The notes beneath the pieces are model-generated. The model did no database searches. It was not told where the DNA came from and saw nothing but the letters and a program-made list of their open reading frames with translations. The position numbers were made by a program, and so were the translations under genes. From positions 114,439 to 178,438 of IMG/VR virus record IMGVR_UViG_3300011242_000001: a DNA stretch of 64,000 nucleotides; one strand, given 5' to 3'. Positions within the stretch are counted from its first letter, which is position 1. Each line of letters begins with the position of its first letter. Below are positions 59,101 to 64,000 of this stretch, piece by piece. The DNA is from a virus. Lineage: Duplodnaviria; Heunggongvirae; Uroviricota; Caudoviricetes.

Positions 59101-60365
59101 GGTCTATCCAATTTTATTAATGAATATGAGCCATTTGAAAATACATTCATATATAATGTATTTTCAAATACAGCAATAGTACCAGCTGTTTCTACATAGC
59201 TACAGTTAATCCATTTTACATCATATAAAGATCCAATATAATCGCTACTACTACTATAAATTATAGTATCAGATATATATGTACCACCATCTGTTAAATT
59301 TGGTCTAGGTATACCAGCATTGCCACTTGGAGCAGTACCACCTAATGCGAACGATCCCATAATATAGAAGTCAATTTCTTTATCATATGAGTTATTAAAA
59401 ACTACACAATGTGAATATGCTGTTGAACGAGTATTTAAAAATGATGGCGCTTCATTTGCAATACTTGTTCGCATATATGTACCCGTTATTGTATATGGCT
59501 GATCACCGTTTAAACGAGAACTAATAATTAATCCATTTACTTTAGATTTATCGACAGCATCAAATCCACCAATTACATAAAATCTAGATTGTGATCCATT
59601 AATAGAAGTTGATGAAATAAGCTGTATATATATACATTTATCTGATGCCCATACTCTATATTGCCCACCAGCTCCATTGTTAACGCCTTCAATTAAGTGT
59701 TGTGTTGCTCCACCAATTGCATTATAAAATATATGAGCTTGCCCAATATAGTTACCAGCCGGTAAAAAGTTTTCATTTGGACGTGTATAATTATATGGCC
59801 ATATACGGCCAGTTGTATAGTCAAGCGTATCATAAGATTCAGACATAGATACGCGGGCTGTTTTTGCCCAATTATTATTTGTTACTATTGGTGTACTTAA
59901 TAATGGTCCAAAGTCTCTATCGTCGATCCTAAATTGTACTGTATCAGTAAATTTAATAATAGTTCTTTTAGCATCAATACCACCAAAAATTCTAGTAACG
60001 CCACACGGCTTCATTCTTGCTTGAATTATAGTAGTATCTGTTGATTGTTCTAATAATGAAGTGGAAAATATAATACTTGCGTTATATACAATCATATATT
60101 TTTCAATCACATTTATAGATTCAATAAAAAAGTCTAAATTATATGTTGTGCTATTAGTTACAGTAATAGTTTGAAATTCAACCCACGGACAACCTAATAG
60201 AGTTTCGTCAAAATATATTTTTACTGTTTTATCAGATCTAGGTTCAATTTTAACAATATTATATAAATTGCCACCATCAATAATATAATTGATTATATTG
60301 TTAAAGTCACCATATGTGTTTGTTAACTTTGGCGCGTCACTTGATGCGCTTGAAAAAAAATACAT
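59097..60365 (-). CDS. putative virion structural/fibre protein; paralogue of 61880..63265
   Basis: SS.APKL..TYGD....I...IDG, RIDD, WAK.AR.S shared. Confidence 0.7.
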   Translation of the reverse strand: MYFFSSASSDAPKLTNTYGDFNNIINYIIDGGNLYNIVKIEPRSDKTVKIYFDETLLGCPWVEFQTITVTNSTTYNLDFFIESINVIEKYMIVYNASIIFSTSLLEQSTDTTIIQARMKPCGVTRIFGGIDAKRTIIKFTDTVQFRIDDRDFGPLLSTPIVTNNNWAKTARVSMSESYDTLDYTTGRIWPYNYTRPNENFLPAGNYIGQAHIFYNAIGGATQHLIEGVNNGAGGQYRVWASDKCIYIQLISSTSINGSQSRFYVIGGFDAVDKSKVNGLIISSRLNGDQPYTITGTYMRTSIANEAPSFLNTRSTAYSHCVVFNNSYDKEIDFYIMGSFALGGTAPSGNAGIPRPNLTDGGTYISDTIIYSSSSDYIGSLYDVKWINCSYVETAGTIAVFENTLYMNVFSNGSYSLIKLDRP

Positions 60366-60557
60366 TATTATAGCCCTAATTTTTTTCTATTTATTATATT
60401 TATTAAAAAATATAACGGTATTAAATTTAATCGACATAATGTATAGAGTCAACTACATTAAAATTTATTTATTATTTATTATTTATTATTTATAAAGTGT
60501 ATTAGTTGATCCTAAATTTATTAGGAATATTAAATGAAATCGCTTATTTATAAATCA
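60330..60557 (+). repeat. ~230-bp direct repeat, copy 1 (divergent promoter block)
   Basis: aligns by eye with 61668..61903. Confidence 0.9.
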
Positions 60558-60713
60558 CGATTGATAGCAGATGATTTTATTAAGGACTTTACATCTAATG
60601 TTGATTTTACTAAATTATATAAGTTACGTATAGAATCAACTATATATGAAGGATTCACTAAATCATCATCTAGGCTTGATCGACAAACATCAACATATAT
60701 TAAATGTATCTAA
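60534..60713 (+). pseudogene. 59-codon ORF starting with a relic of the 61880 gene N-terminus
   Basis: MKSLIYKS...ADD versus MKPLIYTSDD. Confidence 0.5.
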
Positions 60714-60779
60714 TATTTGAGTGTACGGATAATTTTATATTTGATATAATATAAAAAAAGTTTTAAATATGGTAATCGT

Positions 60780-61247
60780 ATGTCAAATGATAAAAGTAAG
60801 CAAGATTATATTAATATAGAATTAAAGGTTAAAGAAGATATTGATAAGTATCTTCTTAATCATACTAAAATTATGGATGCTAATCAATTAGCTAAAATAC
60901 ATATTAAAAATAATATCAACTGGTACCGTACGAAATATAAAGATGTACAAAGCGATAGTCGTAATAAGCATATTGTTAATGATGTAGCTTCTAAATTTAC
61001 CAATGTAGATACAAAAGATTTATCTCTGTATCTTATACGGTTTGGTATATTTACGTTACTTCAATATATTATGATATATATTATGTTATCAATTACAATT
61101 TTATTTGTATTATATTTGAATAATATAGTACATGGTCATATTATTGGTGGCTATTTAATTAGTTGTTTAATACTTGGTTATATTTCCGCACTTATATATG
61201 ACGTATCATCAGTTATTAAATTTTATTACACACGCAAACTAAAATAG
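60780..61247 (+). CDS. two-TM membrane protein, divergent family member 9
   Basis: R...I...V...F..VD...L...LIRFGIF plus two TM; TGTACG-N17-TATAAT at 60722..60750; ends TAG TAG. Confidence 0.7.
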   Translation: MSNDKSKQDYINIELKVKEDIDKYLLNHTKIMDANQLAKIHIKNNINWYRTKYKDVQSDSRNKHIVNDVASKFTNVDTKDLSLYLIRFGIFTLLQYIMIYIMLSITILFVLYLNNIVHGHIIGGYLISCLILGYISALIYDVSSVIKFYYTRKLK

Positions 61248-61255
61248 TAGGTTTT

Positions 61256-61549
61256 ATGAATACAGAACACGATTATAAATTATTTTTAGAACGTAGCTCA
61301 TCAAGTGCCGATTTCATTCTTCCCACATTAGAAGAATTAAACAGTAATAATATTAAAATTATTCACACAATTAATGATGTGATAACTCGCCAAATGTATG
61401 GTGTAATAGATGGTGAGCTTGACGAAAATAAAACACGAAAATTTCTTACAGTATGTGATAAAATTTTCTCTATTGAAAGTGCCCATTATTTTAACACAGA
61501 TACATCTGAAATAATTGTTGGAAATAAAATTAGATATATTAAAAAGTAA
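61256..61549 (+). CDS. hypothetical protein, paralogue of 45294..45560
   Basis: shared N-terminal motif. Confidence 0.7.
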   Translation: MNTEHDYKLFLERSSSSADFILPTLEELNSNNIKIIHTINDVITRQMYGVIDGELDENKTRKFLTVCDKIFSIESAHYFNTDTSEIIVGNKIRYIKK

Positions 61550-61555
61550 ATTTAA

Positions 61556-61592
61556 TAAAATAAGAATGGAGGCTAGCCTCCATTCTTATTTT
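61556..61592. terminator. intrinsic terminator
   Basis: AAAATAAGAATGGAGG-CTAG-CCTCCATTCTTATTTT. Confidence 0.85.
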
Positions 61593-61667
61593 ATAAAGAA
61601 AAGAAAAATAAATAAATTTAGGTCAATAAATGTCTAAACATGTAAATTATATTTCGAGCGAACATTA

Positions 61668-61903
61668 TGGTGCGACACTTGACATACTTGAAAAAAATAC
61701 ATTATTATATCCCTAAATTTTTCTATTTATTATATTTTTTAAAAAATATAATGGTATTAAATGCAATAAATTTGGTCAACATAATGTATAGAGTCAATTA
61801 CATTAAAGTTTGTTGATTATTATTATTTATAAGTGTATTTGTTGATCCTAAATAATAGTAAATTTATTAGGAACATTAAATGAAACCACTTATTTATACA
61901 TCA
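61668..61903 (+). repeat. ~230-bp direct repeat, copy 2
   Basis: aligns with 60330..60557. Confidence 0.9.
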
Positions 61904-63265
61904 GATGATTATGGCTCACCTCAATTAAAAGGTAATTGGGGCGATTTGGTTAAAATGCTTAAAACTGTATTAGTAGATGGTTTTGGCGATGTAGTCGGAT
62001 CAATCGCCCGACGGGTTGATCCAAATTCACTTCAAATTACATTAGGCTTTGAAGCAAATTTGCAAGTAGAGGGCGTTATTTATATTAAAGATGTTGTTGG
62101 GCATGAAAATACAAGATTTCATATTAAGTCTAGACCGTCGGCTGGTGTAGTCATTGTAAAAAATTATGATAATGTTGACCTTTCTGCTTTTGCTGATAAT
62201 GATGTTGTATGTACAGTTACTCGTAAGCCACTAGGCTATACTATGTTATTTGATGATATTACTAATTCTGGTAAAGCTGTATTTACAAATCGAAATGGCT
62301 GGAATTTACGTGTGCATGATGCATTCCCGACAGAAAATGCCATATGGCAAAGTACATGGGCAAAAGGAGCTCGTATATCATATGGTCGAGAAATGGTAAA
62401 TATTGATACATGGGCAACACAACCAAAAAATTATAATCCTAGTCGTCCGGATAGTTGGAAAGTACCACATCATGTTGGAACAGTATCTAACGGTAATGTA
62501 AAATTATCGGAAAATGTATGGCTATATTGTACAGCTCGTGATTCTTTATCCGCGTATGTATATAGTTCAACTGCATCAAATAATACTACCAATGTATATA
62601 GTTGGACTATTATTGGTACTGATACTACATTTTATTTATATATAAATTGTGCGCAATATCAATACTATTCGATAGCACAGCATTGCTATGGATTTGGTGA
62701 ATTCGATTCATTAATTGCTAACGATATTAATAACGCTTTCTTAATATCTTGGGTCTCACCCGGCAGTAGCTATATATTTAATACTGAGTCTATGTTTAGA
62801 TGGGCTACACAAATGAACAGTACCACTAATCAGGATGACTATAGTTATAAGCAGCTTAATTTAGCTAGCCCATCATCACAAGCATCTAGCCCTAATTATA
62901 TACCATATGCATCATTAACATGGCTTAGATATTCAGGTCTAAGCACCCCTGTTAGTGGTCAATCACCTTCATTTTATCAAGCTAATGGTGATATTGCTTC
63001 AATAATGTATTCACCTGCGTATATTGATGAAGTTGGTTATTTATTACGGGGTACAATGAAGGGAGCTCATATTATACTAAATGACGTACGACAAATTGTT
63101 AGAGGCGTATTATATAATGGTCAGTTTTTAACGGTTAATGCATATAATCCTGGAAGTAACACCGATGACAAAAAATATATATTAAAACCGCATATTAATT
63201 ATTATTCCAGTCCAGAATCATCATTATCTGTCATAATGTTTAATCTATATGAGGACTGGAATTAA
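61880..63265 (+). CDS. putative virion structural/fibre protein; paralogue of 59097..60365
   Basis: YTSDDYGSPQL.G.WGDL..ML...LVDG; W.IIGTD..FY; YGFGEF.S; LRG. Confidence 0.75.
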   Translation: MKPLIYTSDDYGSPQLKGNWGDLVKMLKTVLVDGFGDVVGSIARRVDPNSLQITLGFEANLQVEGVIYIKDVVGHENTRFHIKSRPSAGVVIVKNYDNVDLSAFADNDVVCTVTRKPLGYTMLFDDITNSGKAVFTNRNGWNLRVHDAFPTENAIWQSTWAKGARISYGREMVNIDTWATQPKNYNPSRPDSWKVPHHVGTVSNGNVKLSENVWLYCTARDSLSAYVYSSTASNNTTNVYSWTIIGTDTTFYLYINCAQYQYYSIAQHCYGFGEFDSLIANDINNAFLISWVSPGSSYIFNTESMFRWATQMNSTTNQDDYSYKQLNLASPSSQASSPNYIPYASLTWLRYSGLSTPVSGQSPSFYQANGDIASIMYSPAYIDEVGYLLRGTMKGAHIILNDVRQIVRGVLYNGQFLTVNAYNPGSNTDDKKYILKPHINYYSSPESSLSVIMFNLYEDWN

Positions 63266-63267
63266 TA

Positions 63268-64000
63268 ATGTATGATGAAACATATTTACTTCAAGATGGC
63301 ACTACCGGTGTAACAGCCGGTATTACATCTAATAATAATTTTATTTATGTAGCCCAAGATATTGATAGAAAAAATGTAGTAATACAAAATATATCTTTAA
63401 ATATAACATCTATTAATACACCAATATTTTTTAGTTCATATAATTCATCATATATTAATAATAAAGCTAGTACATTACGTCCATTTTTTATTAATGATTA
63501 CGATAATACAACATACTATATTGAAAGTGATTTTAATAAATCACTTGGCTTTATACCATCTACAATATATATAATACCTGTAAAAGAAACATATTCTAAT
63601 ATAGGTGGACCACTATTTATTGAGGGTGCGCCTAATACATTAGAAGATAATTTATTGATATATGATTATAATGGTGATCATGTAAAATCACATATAATAA
63701 ATACCCAAAATTTATTCGGCAATTTTACAATATTAACACCAGATAATGAGTTTAATAAAACAATATCAGTTAAATATAAAGATCAATATTATACAATAGA
63801 TCATACAAAACCGATGATTAGAGGTTATGTTAGTATAACAATCAACACAGCAGTATGTGTCGATTCCGACTTTTGTATAAAAGCTTTTACTAGTGAAGGT
63901 CGATATTTAGGCAATTATGAGATAGATATGGAGTTAGGTGAATGTATAATACCGAATCTTGATTGTAATAAAACATATTCTGTCATGCTATATGACAGAA
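63268..64000 (+). CDS. partial fibre-associated protein running off the window; paralogue of 57484..59100
   Basis: open frame from ATG 63268 (MYDETYLLQDG...MIRGYVS...IPNLDCNKTY); absent from the track because no stop is in the window. Confidence 0.75.
   Translation, partial: MYDETYLLQDGTTGVTAGITSNNNFIYVAQDIDRKNVVIQNISLNITSINTPIFFSSYNSSYINNKASTLRPFFINDYDNTTYYIESDFNKSLGFIPSTIYIIPVKETYSNIGGPLFIEGAPNTLEDNLLIYDYNGDHVKSHIINTQNLFGNFTILTPDNEFNKTISVKYKDQYYTIDHTKPMIRGYVSITINTAVCVDSDFCIKAFTSEGRYLGNYEIDMELGECIIPNLDCNKTYSVMLYDR

Noticed and set aside
35604..60495. Remaining nested ORFs (35604, 35820, 37373, 40867, 42156, 42977, 46976, 47597, 49095, 53261, 56044, 56386, 58896, 60289)
   Set aside because: They overlap stronger genes and have low-complexity translations typical of AT-rich non-coding frames
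61245..61259. Amber read-through fusing 60780..61247 to 61256..61549
   Set aside because: TAG TAG is followed in frame by GTT TTA TGA, and the next gene is in a different frame
1..64000. Genome-wide TAG stop-codon reassignment suggested by the CUA tRNA-like gene
   Set aside because: Very long late genes translate uninterrupted in the standard code and I found no credible gene pair joined by an in-frame TAG
52755..64000. Diversity-generating retroelement acting on the fibre genes
   Set aside because: No reverse transcriptase; differences between the 60330 and 61668 repeats include indels and are not adenine-specific

Overview
AT-rich 64 kb segment of a large T4-like myophage; the host cannot be determined from this window. 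Recognisable core genes: class Ia ribonucleotide reductase (nrdA with a mini-intein at the catalytic cysteine, nrdB, glutaredoxin), a DenB/endonuclease IV homologue, a modular endolysin, neck and terminase genes (gp13/14/15/16-like), baseplate genes (PAAR, gp25, gp6, gp7/gp8-like), two tandem ~1900-2000 aa paralogous structural proteins and two divergent tail-fibre-like cassettes. Accessory regions consist of small modules behind a recurring TGTACA-N17-TATAAT early promoter. Best leads: (1) an ORF-free, hairpin-dense ~600 nt locus at 36.4-37.0 kb; (2) a separately transcribed tRNA-like RNA with a reduced D-arm and a CUA (amber) anticodon at 40248-40316, whose anticodon region is an 11-nt exact complement of one hairpin loop of that locus; (3) four genes with a T4 internal-protein-like N-terminus, two of them ADP-ribosyltransferase-like; (4) a nine-member two-TM paralogue family; (5) a duplicated, reciprocally decayed promoter block with N-terminal gene relics between the fibre cassettes. 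All family calls are from motif recognition by eye, not database searches.
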